Notes under the pieces: model-generated | Told to the model about the DNA's origin: nothing | Seen by the model: the letters and a program-made list of their open reading frames with translations, nothing else | Database searches by the model: none | Shown here: one piece after another, positions 47,361 through 60,890 of the stretch | How the letters are laid out: each line of letters opens with the position of its first letter | How positions within the stretch are numbered: the stretch's first letter is position 1 | Program-made: the position numbers and the translations under genes | Assembly (NCBI GenBank): GCA_051942205.1 | Contig: JAVECO010000003.1 | Span: forward strand, 1-64,000 | DNA length: 64,000 nt | Source of the DNA: Coniocarpon cinnabarinum | Taxonomy: Eukaryota | Direction: 5' to 3'

Positions 47361-49426
47361 TCAAAGGCGTGCACTTGCATGGCCATGATCGCCAACCTCC
47401 TTCGCTGCCTGCTCTCGATACACCTTCCGCAAGATTTTACCGGACTTGAAACTTGTCAGCGAATCATTCAGTCTAGGAACTGAAGTACTCATATGGATGG
47501 ACCCACTGGATTTTTCAATATCGTCTCCACAAACTTGACTCCACCAGTCAATCGCTTCACCTTGGCCACCTTAGATTCCATGAATTTCATGATATCATGT
47601 TCATTGACGTCGTGGCTTGGCACCCTGACACAGTACGCTCGTGGACACTCTTCACCGTTTCTGATTAAAGCAGTCAGTCTTTCTTCAACACCGTTTCACA
47701 CCAGATGAAGTAAATACTGCATGACACCGACGACCGCAGCGTCTTGAATCCCCTGATGCTCCAGCAGTTGGGCCTAATGCCATTCATGTTAGCTGTTTTC
47801 GATTTACTCTTCAGGATCGTACCTCGAGTTCTGCCGGTGCTACTTGATTTCCCTTGACTTTGATAAGCTCCTGGCACGTCATAGTAAGCTTGAAATTAGT
47901 GAAATGCAGATCTCAGTCATGTTATTTACCTTGATCCGATCCACAATGAAGAAAGTTCCCCGCTCGTTGACCAGCCCAATATCGCCGGTTCTTAACCAAC
48001 CACCAGGTGTCAGGGTCTCTCGGGTGGCCTTTTCATTTCGCCAGTAGCCTTTCATCACATTCTGCCCTTTTACCCAGACCTCACCCCGCTCGCCTGACCT
48101 GACATCTTTCAATGTCTCTGGATCCACCAGTCTGATGTCGACATTTGCGTTCGGCTCGCCAACTCCAAATGAGTCTGAACGCTGTTGCGGGTCCCACCCA
48201 AAACAGGAGCACGTACATCTGGACGACTGATCAGCTGATGCACACAGCACATAAATAAGGTTCAGAAGATTTCCAAACTTACTCTGTCATTCCATAACCT
48301 TGTTTCAGATTCATCCAACCTGCTGGCCAAAGCTGGTCAAACTCAGCTGCAACCTCACCACCGAGAGGCGCGGCCCCTGAGCCAGCATGTTCCATGCTGC
48401 TCAGATCGTATTTTTTGACGAGCGGCGATTTCGTCATGGCGACAACGACTGGTGGAACAAAGTGCATTTCGGTGATACGAAAGTTTTGAATATGTTGCAA
48501 CATTCGTTCAAAATCGAATCGTTGCATGACGTAGACCGGGATGCCCAACGAGGGTCCGGCAACGCAGAATATCGTCTGTGCCATTGCATGGTACATCGGT
48601 CCAAAGCATAGCCATCTATAGTATTTCCTCTTTGCTTCAAAATCAGTTCTCATATCAATGTTGTACATGTGCTGGACAACGTTGGATACATAGTTGCGAT
48701 GTGTGATCTGGACACCTGCACCATGTCAGTACCTGTGAACGACGGCGATTCGTAAGACGACCCCTTAGCGACTGCTTCTCATGCAATCACACGTAGCCAT
48801 GACAGACCTTTCGGCAATCCTGTCGTTCCACTGCTATAATTCAGACAAATTGTATCATCCAGAATGCTCCTGTCTTTAGGCCATTGATATGTCTTTGCGG
48901 CCTCTGAATCCGCCAACAAAGTCGACCAATGCCTACAGCCAAGGCGATTCTCGCTTCTGTGATCAAATGTGTCATAGCCTGCATCGAACACTAGCAGTCG
49001 GTCGCGACCCACGCCTATCGACTTGAACGCATCGAGGCCGGTTTGAAGCGCACTGTCTGCACACAACAAGAATGTTGCATCTGCATTCTGGAATTGGAAA
49101 GCTACTTCACGAGCCGTGTAGGAGGGGTTTGCAGCTGTAAAGATTCCCCCAGCCATGACCGTGCCCAACAAGACGACTGGAAAGAAGATGGTGTTACCAG
49201 AAAAGAGCATGACTCGGTCACCATGCTTGAGACCAGCATTGCGCAGACCCAGGGCAAGCCGCTGTGACCATAGTCGAAAGTCATTATAAGTGAGGATGTA
49301 TCGATCCGGACGTTCTGCGTCAATGAAGCAAGGCTTACTGGAGAGAGGAGCTGTAGACGAATGAAATAAAAATGAAGGGAGCGTCTGCTGTGGAATGTCT
49401 ACGCTCCATCTTGACTTGTAGACCAT
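47361..49426 (-). CDS. 4-coumarate:CoA ligase/luciferase-like acyl-CoA synthetase, predicted peroxisomal
   Basis: YSSGTTGLPKG, QGYGMTE, GWLRTGD, DRIKELIKVKG.QVAPAELE and SGKILRK motifs. Ends in ARL* (PTS1). Six introns. Confidence 0.92.
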
Positions 49427-51551
49427 GTTCAGACTTGTTCCTAGAACAGCAATGGCACAAGTCGCACTGTAGAGGAGCAGAATGCATACTCTTCAAATCG
49501 ATTTCGAATAGACCTAGCAGCCACTTGTGGCAGAGCCATGACCTCACGCAGCGCCCAGCGCTCGCATGCAGGAGATCCACCATTGCAGCTCATAACCGAG
49601 AGTCTCTTGGTACAAACTCGCTATAGACGCGAAGTCTTCGCTTAGCAAGGTTGGTGGTAACCAGTAGAGGAAGCCGGCTTGCACGTCATGCACGAGGGGC
49701 AAACGGGATCGACCTCGGCTATTTTTAATTGCAAGGATCAAAAAAGGCCGAGAGGATCACAACATCTATTCGTTGTGGATTGCACTGTCCTGTGGGGAGT
49801 GAAGTATGAGATTGTCAACATAGTCGCTTGGCTATTTAGTTAAATCGAATCTGCTTTCCAGGGTCATCTTTCCTGGCCTATCCGTACGAAGCATTCTAGC
49901 AAGAGCAAGTACTTCAAGGTGGTGGTCACACTAGGAAATACTCAAATGAGATCAGGGAGCTGTCTTTAGCACGCTGCAGTGGACACATATTGCACTTGCG
50001 GTTTTAACTATCGTCAATTCATTATAGGGCTCGGTGACAACAGCTGAACTACTAAGTCACGTGCATCGCCTTTAGCTCTTGCCAGTTCAACGTCGTTTGC
50101 AGAACACAAGAGCTCCCTTTATTGATGCAAGTTGTGGTGATGTGAAGAGCGGCTCGACAAGTGCTGGAATGATCTTTGAATGGAGTTATTGTGCCTCCAA
50201 ATGCCCAGTGAAGTTTGATGTGAACCAAAGATCCTGACTCCAAGCAGCAGATCAGCTCACTCGCGCAAGTCTGGCGAACACAGCGCGTGGAACGTGAAGT
50301 TCGCCATGGTGCGATCGCTACTGCAAAGCCTCCTTCTTGCGTTGACGCCCTCGAGTTGGTCGCATTGCGCAGTCGCATTGCGCAATGAGTGCACGTGGTT
50401 GTCGGTGGCGTCAACTCAATGATTGGTTGCTCCTATGTTACTATGAATAGAACGATGGCAATATCACGACACGACACGAACCGACCGTGGAGCAGCTCGC
50501 AACCAGTGGCGCGAAGATCCAGTCAAGCACATAGGCGCAAAGGCGCTTCTGAACATAGAACTGGCTCATTCGCCAGCAGTCACGCATGACTTCTACATCT
50601 CGTCATGAGTGGTTGGCAGGCGGTGGGAACGTCTGCTGATCGTCGCTGTCAGGGAAGAGTGGGTCGTTGCAGCGGCACTGCCCAGAACGCGCAAGCAGCG
50701 ACGACGATCCTCAGCTCCAGGCCGTCAGAGTATCTGCTATTTTGAGAAAGATGGAACGCGCACCGTCCCCGTCACAGGCTATCTCCTCGCAACGTTCGAC
50801 TTTCGGCCATCCTTTGATGCACTCTGCTGCCCAGACGTGCGATTCTCGTGAACCTTGATGTCAGTTGCCCCGTCGCTTTGTGGTTTCCATTGTCACTCGC
50901 AAGCACTGACGGTGCCTCCTCAATTGGGTGGCGCTATTCTTTGATAAGGCTGTTACTTGCCGTACTCTTTAAAAGCGCTTTTGAGTCGGCAAAGGACCAT
51001 CTGCAACGACCTCAGTCTTGCTGAGTATTGCTCCGACTGCCCTCATCACGTGCACCTATCTGCGAGTGTTCCCAGATTGCGGAGTCTATCGAACGGTGTT
51101 CATTCCTCGGTCGACCTTGTAGACTACCTCTAGCCAGCTACTACGGACCTATTCTAACCATTGGACCATACTACGGATGTAAAGGAAACTGCACCCTCCC
51201 TTCATGAAACATTTGTCAAAAACTACAGCAAGAATCATCTGACTCGGGACTCAGTCATTAACGATATCGAGCCAGAGGAAGCATATGCTGAGCAGCTCCA
51301 ACGACCTCACCCTTGCTTGTCGGTCTGCGCAAGCTAAAGGTCGTCTGCGAGAGGGCAATCTGGGACGACTTTTCTGTAAAATCTTGCCAGTTTTCGCTCA
51401 TCGATTTTGCTTGCATTTGTGCTGTCTTAGTGAACTCAAACGCGAACAAGGTCAGAGGGTCCACGTAACATTCTCAGCGTCTCAGCGAAAAGCCAACCTT
51501 CTTGGTGAGACGCAGGTGTAATCTTCCGTACTGAATGCTATCTAATCTAGC

Positions 51552-52256
51552 ATGAGCGGGACTACAAATCCTATACAAACGCGGAGACGCCCCCGGTTGA
51601 CCATTAATACAAGTTGTTACACAGGTCACACCTTCAACAATGCCAGCCCTGGCTCGGCACATGTCACAACATCGATCAGCTCACCAACCAGCCATAATAC
51701 ATACAAAATCTCCAGCTTGGGGTTGCTGTACACTCAAAAGGCGCTGCCAGCAAATTTCAAACTCAAGCCCTATCAAATCCAGGGAAAATCATCCCCTGTT
51801 GCGGACGAGTCTGAAAGACTAGCTCCAGTCACATTATCTTCAGCACCTCGAGAAGCTCCCTATATGCTTGGCAAGCACCCTCGTTCCATTCTGAGTAACG
51901 GGCCGCTTCACAAGCAGCCTCGGGGTCGAAGGAAAGCAAGCAACGTTGAAGAGAGCGTCTCGCCACACGTGACATTTCCAGAGACGATGCCGGAGATCAT
52001 ACAGACTACTAGCTACACAGCTCAGCATTTCGACCTCTTCGATTCACCAAGCTTGAATTTGTCAACACAAGCCGAAGAAGTCAACGTGTCGCCAAGGCCA
52101 ACTGCCACAGAATTATGTGGACAGAGGCGAATGCCCGTCGATGAATCTGAAGATTCCGCGACTTCAATGGTGGAGCAGAGAAAGAACACGAAACATCAGG
52201 TGTGGACTTTGGATTCGCCCAAGCACACAGAAGGGCACGAGTCAACGAGAATCTGA
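51552..52256 (+). CDS. Hypothetical Ser/Pro-rich protein
   Basis: 234-aa ORF with PRLTIN, RSILSN.PL, HVTF and YT..H.DL motifs. Confidence 0.6.
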   Translation: MSGTTNPIQTRRRPRLTINTSCYTGHTFNNASPGSAHVTTSISSPTSHNTYKISSLGLLYTQKALPANFKLKPYQIQGKSSPVADESERLAPVTLSSAPREAPYMLGKHPRSILSNGPLHKQPRGRRKASNVEESVSPHVTFPETMPEIIQTTSYTAQHFDLFDSPSLNLSTQAEEVNVSPRPTATELCGQRRMPVDESEDSATSMVEQRKNTKHQVWTLDSPKHTEGHESTRI

Positions 52257-52695
52257 TCAGCCAGGAGAACGGGCTGATAGTCACGTGAAAGTCCAGCGGC
52301 CGCGTTGTCGTTTCCCCAGGTTTCGGGGCAGCCCTATCGATCACTAGCAGCGGCTCGTGCGGAACTCATTGGTCCACCTTACCTGACACTTCGGATCGTT
52401 TTCTATTTGTTTTCTCACCGAGGCCGACCGGACCTTTTACTCGGCTCGTGATCGTCTCGTGTCGAAACCGCGCTATTTGTATAGATAAAGCCCCCTCTTT
52501 GTGTCTTGTCAGACCCTTCCATTAACTGAAATCTTGTTCAAGCGGACAAAGAATACCTTGAACACATGAAGAAATTGCTCCCCAGACGGCCTGTAGCACC
52601 AACATTTGCATCATCACTAGGCATGATACACAACTCTTAGTCTTCTCATATCTTGCTGCTCCCTCCTCCGGATCGACTGCATTAAGATCAAAGGC

Positions 52696-53058
52696 ATGCC
52701 TTCAGAAGGTTCATCAGCAGCAGCTTCTGCGCCGCTTCCCTCCCCCACCGGCAGCTCCACGGAGCCAAGGCATTACTTCTCGTCCGCACTGGCGTTGTCC
52801 AACTCGTCATCCACGAGCACAACTACGCCTGCGCCTTCTTCACGAACATCCCCACCACAGCCCCTGCGTTCTTCAGCAGCGTCAGTGTGGGAGTCGGCAC
52901 TGCAGCCACGGGCAGGTAAGAGCACGGGCGAGAGCGCGGGTGCAAGCGCAGTCGGGAACAGCGCACACTTTGGGCAAGAGGCCTTCTTGGCAGAAGCTGT
53001 AAAACGAGCAGAGATCGCCTGTCTGGAGCGAGATTTGGGAGACTGCGGTCTGAGCTAG
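52696..53058 (+). CDS. Small hypothetical protein
   Basis: Ser-rich N-terminus and a C-terminal helix LAEAVKRAEIACLERDLG resembling a motif seen in small Pezizomycotina proteins. Confidence 0.65.
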   Translation: MPSEGSSAAASAPLPSPTGSSTEPRHYFSSALALSNSSSTSTTTPAPSSRTSPPQPLRSSAASVWESALQPRAGKSTGESAGASAVGNSAHFGQEAFLAEAVKRAEIACLERDLGDCGLS

Positions 53059-53891
53059 GTGGGCTCTGGACATTTAATACTCCTATTGTTGCGGTTGAGA
53101 GCACCTATGATGAAGCCTTACGAGATCGTCGGCATCCTGTTATTCGCACAGAACCGAGGATTGGACGAGCACAGATAATTGCATTGTGGAGTGGAGACTA
53201 AAATGGTGTTGACCAAGGCACAACCACGGCATCAGACCGCCATCACCATGAGCCCGTCTCAGGGTGGATGTGCCTTTGCTCAAAGTTCTTGTGGGCTCAT
53301 GCTACACAACAGCCACGCCCAAGAGAGGGTGATAGCAACAAAGTCATTGGAACCGCGAAGACCAGCATTTGACTTGCTGCACTGATACCTGGCGTTTTCT
53401 TCATCCTGCTGTTGCCTAGCCCGGCGTTCCTCAAGCGGGTTCCCAAGGCAAGAGTATTCGAAGCGCTCGACATTATGCTCCAGTGTGAGCCAAGATCCGA
53501 GGAGCACGCGCCTTGCTGAGTCTGTCTTTGGTGAGGCGCTTCGGCACTGAACTGATGGTCTCTGATCCTCGCCTCTCGCTGTCTCCTGCCAATCGCTGGC
53601 AGCATTGGAAGACAGTTGACGCAAAGGCTCGTTCACTGTGACTCTAATTCCCAGCTCGGCCACGGAATGAAAAGGCGGCCCGAAGACGCGGAGGTCCGAG
53701 GCCGTTCGGCCCGACCTCTGGCTCCTCCCTACCTCCCTCGTGATTGGTGTCACGCCTATCTCTCACTTACTGTTATCTTCGCTCATAGACCCAAGACACT
53801 TCATTCCTCCATGCATGATATTTGAGTAGTCGATGTTAAATGCATAGTCAATCTTCCAGCTCTGCTCTCCTCCCTGTACCTCTGTGAGGCC

Positions 53892-56800
53892 ATGTCGCCC
53901 GCACTAGTCGAGCCAAGCGTTTCCGCGAGCGTCCCGCACAGCCTGGCCCAAGTGACTGCCAACTATAGCGACACCTTGTCCTTCTACCTCAATGGCAGCC
54001 GCGTGGTCCTTGACACTGCAGATCCAGCGTTGACACTGCTTGAGTACGTCAGGAGTCTCGGCTTGACCGGCACCAAACTCGGTTGCGCTGAAGGCGGCTG
54101 TGGGGCGTGCACTGTCATCGTCTCGCAGCGCAACCCCACGACCGCAAGGCTCTACCATGCCTCGGTCAACGCCTGCCTGGCACCGTTGGTGAGCGTGGAT
54201 GGAAAGCATGTCATCACTATCGAGGGTATCGGCAATGTCAAGAATCCACATCCTACGCAGGAGCGCATTGCGCTCGGCAATGGCAGTCAATGTGGATTCT
54301 GTACGCCAGGCATTGTGATGAGCTTGTATGCTTTGCTTCGCAACAATGCGGCGCCCACTGGAGATGAAGTCGAAGAAGCTTTTGATGGCAATCTCTGTCG
54401 TTGCACCGGCTATCGGCCCATTTTAGACGCTGCCCATTCTTTCCGCGGTCGAGTTGGTTGCCCAAAGTCAACCAACAGTGGGGGGTCTGGGTGCTGTGTG
54501 GAGAGCGGGAAATGTGAAAAGCGTAGTTCCGAGAGTGTAAGCATCAGTAATGACGAAGCTGATACAGCGATAAATACGGGAGCCACCAAGCCCGTGTTCA
54601 AGCCATACTCCTCAGACACAGAACTTATATTCCCGCCCGCGCTTCATAAACACAGGTTTCAGCCTCTAGCGTTTGGAAACAAGCATAAGCGATGGTACAG
54701 ACCAGTGACACTGCAGCAGCTTCTTGAAATCAAGCATGCAAACCCATCCGCCAAACTTATTGGCGGCAGCACCGAGACCCAGATTGAAATCAAGTTCAAG
54801 GCAATGAACTACAGTGCATCGGTATATGTTGGCGACATTGACGAGCTTCGCAAATACGAGTTGCGCGAGGATTCCGTTGAGATTGGCGGCAACGTGAGTT
54901 TGACGGATGTTGAGGAGGTGATGAAAGAAGCTCTGCGCAAGTATGGCGACTTGCGCGGCCAGCCGTTCGCTGCGATTCTGAGTCAGCTCAAGTACTTTGC
55001 AGGTCGGCAGATTCGAAATGTGGGCACACCTGCGGGTAATTTAGCGACCGCTTCTCCTATTTCTGATCTCAACCCTGTATTCGTCGCCATGAACGCTACT
55101 TTGATTGCCAAATCATTAGAAAAAGAGATGGAGTTACCCATGTCGGATTTTTTCAAAGCTTACCGTGTCACAGCACTGCCAGCAAATGCCATCATTGCGA
55201 GTATTAGAATACCTTGCGCAAAGCCCAAAGGAGAGTTCCTGCGTGCGTACAAGCAGGCGAAAAGGAAAGACGATGACATCGCTCTTGTTAATGCTGCCCT
55301 ACGTGTGTCGCTGGATGATGATTATAAGGTGGTTTCCGCGGATCTCGTTTACGGCGGTATGGCTCCAACCACAATCGCCGCGACTAAGACTATGCGTTTT
55401 CTTTTGAACAAGCCGTGGACAAGTAAAGATACTCTCGAACATGCTATGAACCGTCTTGAAGAAGATTTTGATTTACGTTTTGGAGTACCTGGAGGCATGG
55501 CCTCCTATCGCAAGTCATTAGCATTATCGTTCTTCTACCGTTTCTATCATGAAACCCTGGAAGCTATGGGCAATTCCAATGCAGACCTTAGCGAACAGGC
55601 TGTTGAAGATGTGGAGCGTCAAATCTCGTCGGGTAGGCGTGACCACGACGCAGCTCTCGCTTACGAGAAGACGATCCTGGGTAAAGAGCAGCCACATGTA
55701 TCTGCAATGAAACAATGTACAGGCGAAGCACAATACGCCGATGACATTCCGCCTCAAAGAAATGAATTGTACGGCGTAATGGTGTTGTCGTCAAAGGCTC
55801 ACGCTAAGATTAGGGTAGTAGACTCATCGCCTGCCTTTGATCTTCCAGGCGTGGTGGATTATATTAGCCATGAGGATCTAGCGACGCCTGACTCGAACTG
55901 GTGGGGCGCACCAAATTGTGATGAGCAGTTTTTCGCCGTCGATGAAGTTCGAACAGCTGGACAACCTATTGGCATGATACTCGCAGATTCGGCCAAGCAC
56001 GCGGAAGCCGGAGCCCGAGTCGTGCGCATCGAGTATGAAGATTTGCCAGCCATCCTCACAATCGAAGAGGCGATTGCTCACGATAGCTTCTTTCCCTATC
56101 ATCGAAGCATTGTGAATGGAGATGCTCGGAAGGCGTTTCAAGAGGCTGACCACGTCTTCACTGGTGTTGCACGATGCGGAGGTCAAGAGCACTTCTACCT
56201 CGAGACCAACGCCTGTGTCTGTATTCCAAAGCCCGAAGATGGCGAAATGGAAGTATGGTCATCGACGCAGAACCCCAGCGAGACTCAGTCATACATCGCG
56301 GCGGTCATCGGTGTTGCGGCCAACAAGGTGACCACTCGAGTGAAGCGCATGGGTGGTGGATTCGGTGGCAAGGAAACTCGCTCTGTTCAGCTCGCGGCCA
56401 TAGTGGCTGTAGCTGCAAATAAAATTAGACGGCCTGTACGCTGTATGCTGAATCGTGACGAAGACATCGCCACGTCTGGTCAGCGACATCCATTCCTTGC
56501 ATACTGGAAAGTTGGTTGTACCAAAGACGGAAAGCTCCTTGCACTCGATGTCGATCAGTACTGTAATGGAGGTCATACGCAAGACTTGAGCGGTGCCGTA
56601 ACCGAGCGGGCGCTGTTGCATCTTGATGGCTGTTGCAAGATACCTAATGTCAATGTACGTGGCCGGATCGCAAAGACTAACACAGTCAGCAACACAGCCT
56701 TTCGAGGTTTCGGCGGGCCCCAAGGCATGTTCATTGCTGAGACGTACATGGAAGAGGTTGCAGATCACTTGGGCATACCGGTCGAGACCTTGCGTAGACG

Positions 56801-58047
56801 AAACATGTATGCACCTAATGAAAGCACGCACTTTAATCAGGCCTTGCAAGACTGGCACGTTCCTATTATGTGGCAACAGGTGATCGAGGAGTCCGACTAC
56901 TACCGACGTAAGCATGAGATCGAAGTCTTCAACAAGGAGAGCAAGTGGAAGAAGCGCGGGCTTGCTATAATACCCACAAAGTTCGGGCTCTCCTTCACCG
57001 CACTCTGGCTCAATCAGGCCGGCGCCCTTGTTCATATATATCACGATGGATCTGTTCTTGTTGCGCACGGTGGCACGGAAATGGGGCAAGGTCTTCACAC
57101 CAAAATGACCATGATTGCAGCAGAGACGTTAGGAGTGCCGCTCGAAGACGTGCACATTTCCGAGACCTCCACACAGACCGTCGCGAACACATCCTCTACA
57201 GCAGCATCGGCGTCCTCGGATCTCAATGGCTATGCCATCCACAACGCCTGCACGCAGCTCAAAGATCGTCTTGCGCCTTACTATGAGAAGCTCGGCAAAG
57301 CAGCTCCTCTTGCGAAGATTGCACACGCCGCATACTTTGATCGCGTCAACCTTTCTGCTCAGGGATTTTACAAGACCCCCGAAATTGGCTACGTCTGGGG
57401 TGAGAATAAGGGCAAGATGTTCTATTACTTCACACAGGGCGTCGCTGCTTCTGAAGTTGAAGTGGACACGTTGACGGGCTCTTGGTACGTTGCTCTTTCG
57501 TTCTTTCGAGACCGATATTGCCTTGGTTGCCATGCTGACATAGCGCAGGACGTGCCGACGCACAGACATCAAAATGGATGTTGGTCGCTCAATCAACCCT
57601 GCAATCGACTATGGCCAAATCGAAGGTGCATTTGTGCAAGGCATAGGTCTTTTTACCATGGAGGAGTCGCTCTGGCTCCGGAGCACGGGCAATATCTTCA
57701 CAAAGGGACCTGGTGCGTACAAGATACCTGGCTTCCGCGATATTCCGCAAGTCTTCAACGTAAGCCTTCTCAAGGACGTGGAGTGGGAAAACCTAAGAAC
57801 AATTCAGCGGAGCCGGGGGGTCGGCGAGCCACCGTTGTTCATGGGCAGTAGTGTCTTCTTCGCTATTCGAGATGCACTCAAGGCAGCAAGACGACAATGG
57901 GAAAAGACGCCAGGAGAGAGTGGCGTTTTGAAGCTATGGAGCCCGGCGACTGTAGAACGAATTCGTTTAGCATGCAACGACCCTATTGTGGAGCGCTGTC
58001 GAGTTGTGCCACAAGAAGGGGAGAAGAGCTTTTTTGTGACAATTTAG
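53892..58047 (+). CDS. hxA: Xanthine dehydrogenase (purine hydroxylase I)
   Basis: Two 2Fe-2S motifs (GCAEGGCGAC, QCGFC..NLCRC), FAD domain, and Moco-domain motifs GGGFGGKE, AFRGFGGPQ and GVGEPP. One intron (~57485-57548). Confidence 0.97.
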
Positions 58048-58172
58048 ATGGGACGACGTCACTTTCACTTACCATAACTCAATGCAAATGTTATTCGCTC
58101 GTGGATTGGTGAACTATATTGAGCTATGTACGCGGACGAGGAGATACGCAAGAGGAGCATCTTGATCAATTA

Positions 58173-58194
58173 TCACGTGATTGGTCTCACGTGA
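58173..58194. promoter_or_regulatory. Twin TCACGTGA E-boxes flanking a reverse CCAAT box upstream of trpC
   Basis: TCACGTGA at 58173-58180 and 58187-58194, with ATTGG at 58180-58184. Confidence 0.45.
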
Positions 58195-58287
58195 ACTCTT
58201 GCTCCCCTCTGTTTTGGTAGATACACTTCTTCACATATAGCCTTCCCAGCAACATCATTGCCCGCCAGTCCATGATTAAATGAGAGC

Positions 58288-60627
58288 ATGAACGGCGCTG
58301 CTTCAGGCCTCGTCGACTATTCACCTCAAAATCCCTCCGCAGCCCCAGTCAATCACAATGCAGCAAATCTTGTGCTCATAGACAATTACGACTCATTTAC
58401 GTGGAATGTGTATCAGTACCTTGTCCTCGAAGGAGCCCACGTAACCGTATTTCGTAACGATGAAATCTCTTTGAAGGACCTGATCGCATTACGGCCTACC
58501 CAGCTTGTCGTATCCCCCGGCCCAGGTCACCCGCAGAAAGATGCTGGTATATCTGCAGATGCCATCACCCACTTCGCTGGGAAGATCCCAGTCCTTGGTG
58601 TGTGCATGGGAGAGCAATGCATTTATAGCGCATTTGGCGGGATTGTTGATGTGACCGGAGAGATTCTGCACGGCAAGACCAGTCCTTTAAGACATGATGC
58701 GAAAGGAATATACGCAGGACTGCTGCAGAACCTTCCTGTGACGCGATATCACAGTCTGGCTGGTATGCATCCAACACTGCCTGAATGTTTGGAAGTCAGC
58801 TCGTGGGTCGAGAAGCAAGAGACAGTGGACGGATCAGATCGCGTGAAGCAAGAGCAGGTCATCATGGGCGTGCGTCACAAGGAGTACACAGTTGAGGGAT
58901 GTCAGTTCCATCCCGAGAGCATTCTGACGGCCGAGGGTCGAGTCATGTTGAAGAATTTCTTAAAGCTGCGAGGAGGCACATGGAAAGAGAATGCGTCTCT
59001 TACTTCAATACATACTGTCACGGTAAATGGCACGAATGACAAGATTCAACCCGCATCTCCTCATGACAAACAGACAACCATTCTTGAAAAGATCTTTGCA
59101 CATCGCAAAGCTGCTGTTGCTACGCAAAAACTTACGCCGTCATTAAGGACTGAAAATCTGCAAGCATCATATGACCTCAACCTCGCCCCTCCTCAGATAT
59201 CGTTCCCTGAAAGATTAAGAAAGTCTCCGTTTGCTCTCTCCCTCATGGCTGAGATCAAACGCGCTTCCCCCTCGAAGGGCATTATTGCAGACGATGTCAA
59301 CGTGCCCGCGCAAGCGCGAAATTATGCAGAAGCAGGCGCTGGTGTCATTTCTGTTCTCACTGAGCCAGAATGGTTTCGTGGTACCATCGATGATCTGCGC
59401 TTTGTGCGCCAGAGTCTTGAAGGCATGGTCAACCGACCGGCTGTTCTGAGGAAAGAATTTATCTTCGAAGAATACCAAATCCTTGAAGCTAGACTTGCTG
59501 GCGCTGACACGATCCTGCTCATTGTAAAAATGCTGGATGATACCACTCTTCGCCGCCTGTACGAATACTCGAGGTCGCTCGGCATGGAGCCACTGGTTGA
59601 AGTTAACACGCCCGAAGAGATGAAATTAGCCGCTGCATTAGAGGCCAAGGTCATTGGTGTAAACAATCGGAATCTTGCTACATTCGACGTCGACCTAGAC
59701 ACCACGAGCCGGTTGATGACTGAAGCACCAAAAGGCAGTATTGTTTGTGCACTAAGTGGCATCTTCGGTCCTGAGGATGTTGCGCCTTACCAGAAGAATG
59801 GTGTTCAAGCCGTCTTGGTTGGAGAAGCGCTCATGCGTGCAAAAGACACGGCCCAATTTGTCAAAAACCTTCTGGGAGGACCAAAGTCTCCTGCTGTCTC
59901 ACGAGCTCAGAATATTATCAAAATCTGCGGTACACGCAGTCCCGAAGCGGCCAAGGCAGCCATCGAGGCTGGCGCAGATCTTATTGGGATCATCCTTGTC
60001 GAAGGGAGATCCCGCTTTGTCCCCCACGAACGAGCTCAAGAGATCTCGAAGGTCGTGCACAATACTCCTCGCAAATCCAAATTAGCACACTCTGATCAGT
60101 CATATGATCAGACAGCACAAGACTTCTTCAAGTTTGCGCCGGAGCATCAAATTCGCGGAGCTCAACGAGCTTTGCTTGTGGGTGTTTTCCGCAACCAGCC
60201 ACTGTCATACGTACTCGAGAGACAAGAAGCGCTTGGACTAGATGTGGTCCAACTTCATGGCGACGAGCCCGTCGAATGGGCCTCATTGATTCCAGTACCA
60301 GTTATCCACAGCTTCAAGATTGGCAGCCAAGGTATGGGGAAGCGCGGTTATCACTCAGTCCCTCTTCTAGACACTGGAGCCGGCGGTTCAGGAGAGGCGC
60401 TCGACTCGGAAGACGTGTTGAAGCTTGCCAGTAAAGATCCAGGCTTGCGATTCATCCTTGCTGGTGGCCTGAATGCAGATAATGTCGAGGAGTATGTCCA
60501 GAAGCTCGATGCCATCAAAGACAGGCTGGTAGGTGTTGATGTAAGCAGTGGGGTAGAGACAGATGGCGAGCAAGACCTGAACAAGATCCGAAATTTTGTT
60601 GCCGCTGCTGGCCGAGCATTGTCCTGA
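58288..60627 (+). CDS. trpC: Trifunctional tryptophan biosynthesis protein (GATase-IGPS-PRAI)
   Basis: [19 protein letters not shown] and QFHPES (GATase); [11 protein letters not shown] and LVEVN (IGPS); KICG, VQLHG, LAGGL and GVDVSSGVE (PRAI). Confidence 0.98.
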   Translation: MNGAASGLVDYSPQNPSAAPVNHNAANLVLIDNYDSFTWNVYQYLVLEGAHVTVFRNDEISLKDLIALRPTQLVVSPGPGHPQKDAGISADAITHFAGKIPVLGVCMGEQCIYSAFGGIVDVTGEILHGKTSPLRHDAKGIYAGLLQNLPVTRYHSLAGMHPTLPECLEVSSWVEKQETVDGSDRVKQEQVIMGVRHKEYTVEGCQFHPESILTAEGRVMLKNFLKLRGGTWKENASLTSIHTVTVNGTNDKIQPASPHDKQTTILEKIFAHRKAAVATQKLTPSLRTENLQASYDLNLAPPQISFPERLRKSPFALSLMAEIKRASPSKGIIADDVNVPAQARNYAEAGAGVISVLTEPEWFRGTIDDLRFVRQSLEGMVNRPAVLRKEFIFEEYQILEARLAGADTILLIVKMLDDTTLRRLYEYSRSLGMEPLVEVNTPEEMKLAAALEAKVIGVNNRNLATFDVDLDTTSRLMTEAPKGSIVCALSGIFGPEDVAPYQKNGVQAVLVGEALMRAKDTAQFVKNLLGGPKSPAVSRAQNIIKICGTRSPEAAKAAIEAGADLIGIILVEGRSRFVPHERAQEISKVVHNTPRKSKLAHSDQSYDQTAQDFFKFAPEHQIRGAQRALLVGVFRNQPLSYVLERQEALGLDVVQLHGDEPVEWASLIPVPVIHSFKIGSQGMGKRGYHSVPLLDTGAGGSGEALDSEDVLKLASKDPGLRFILAGGLNADNVEEYVQKLDAIKDRLVGVDVSSGVETDGEQDLNKIRNFVAAAGRALS

Positions 60628-60890
60628 TGACTGCGTTTCGTTGGCGGTGGAACTACAAACTTGCTGAGAGGAGTCGCCAAAACCACAACGCTATCACTTC
60701 CTCACCTACAAGATGAACCTTCTGATAGAGTAATCTTAAGAAGCTCCAGGAGAGCTGTTCATGACCATTAAAGCGTAGCCTTTTCATTTTCAGATCTCCC
60801 AAAGCAGCTTGCATGACATAGATAGTTCAAGCCAACCCAGTAGCTTTGATTCTAGGTAGCCATGATAATCTTTCTCATTCATTGACGGTA

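Noticed and set aside
53696..53709. CCGA-N6-TCGG as a UaY site in the hxA promoter
   Set aside because: The UaY consensus is TCGG-N6-CCGA. This is the everted arrangement, and no canonical site was found.
56289..57596. Long minus-strand ORFs inside xanthine dehydrogenase
   Set aside because: Antisense shadows of a conserved gene, with no motifs of their own.
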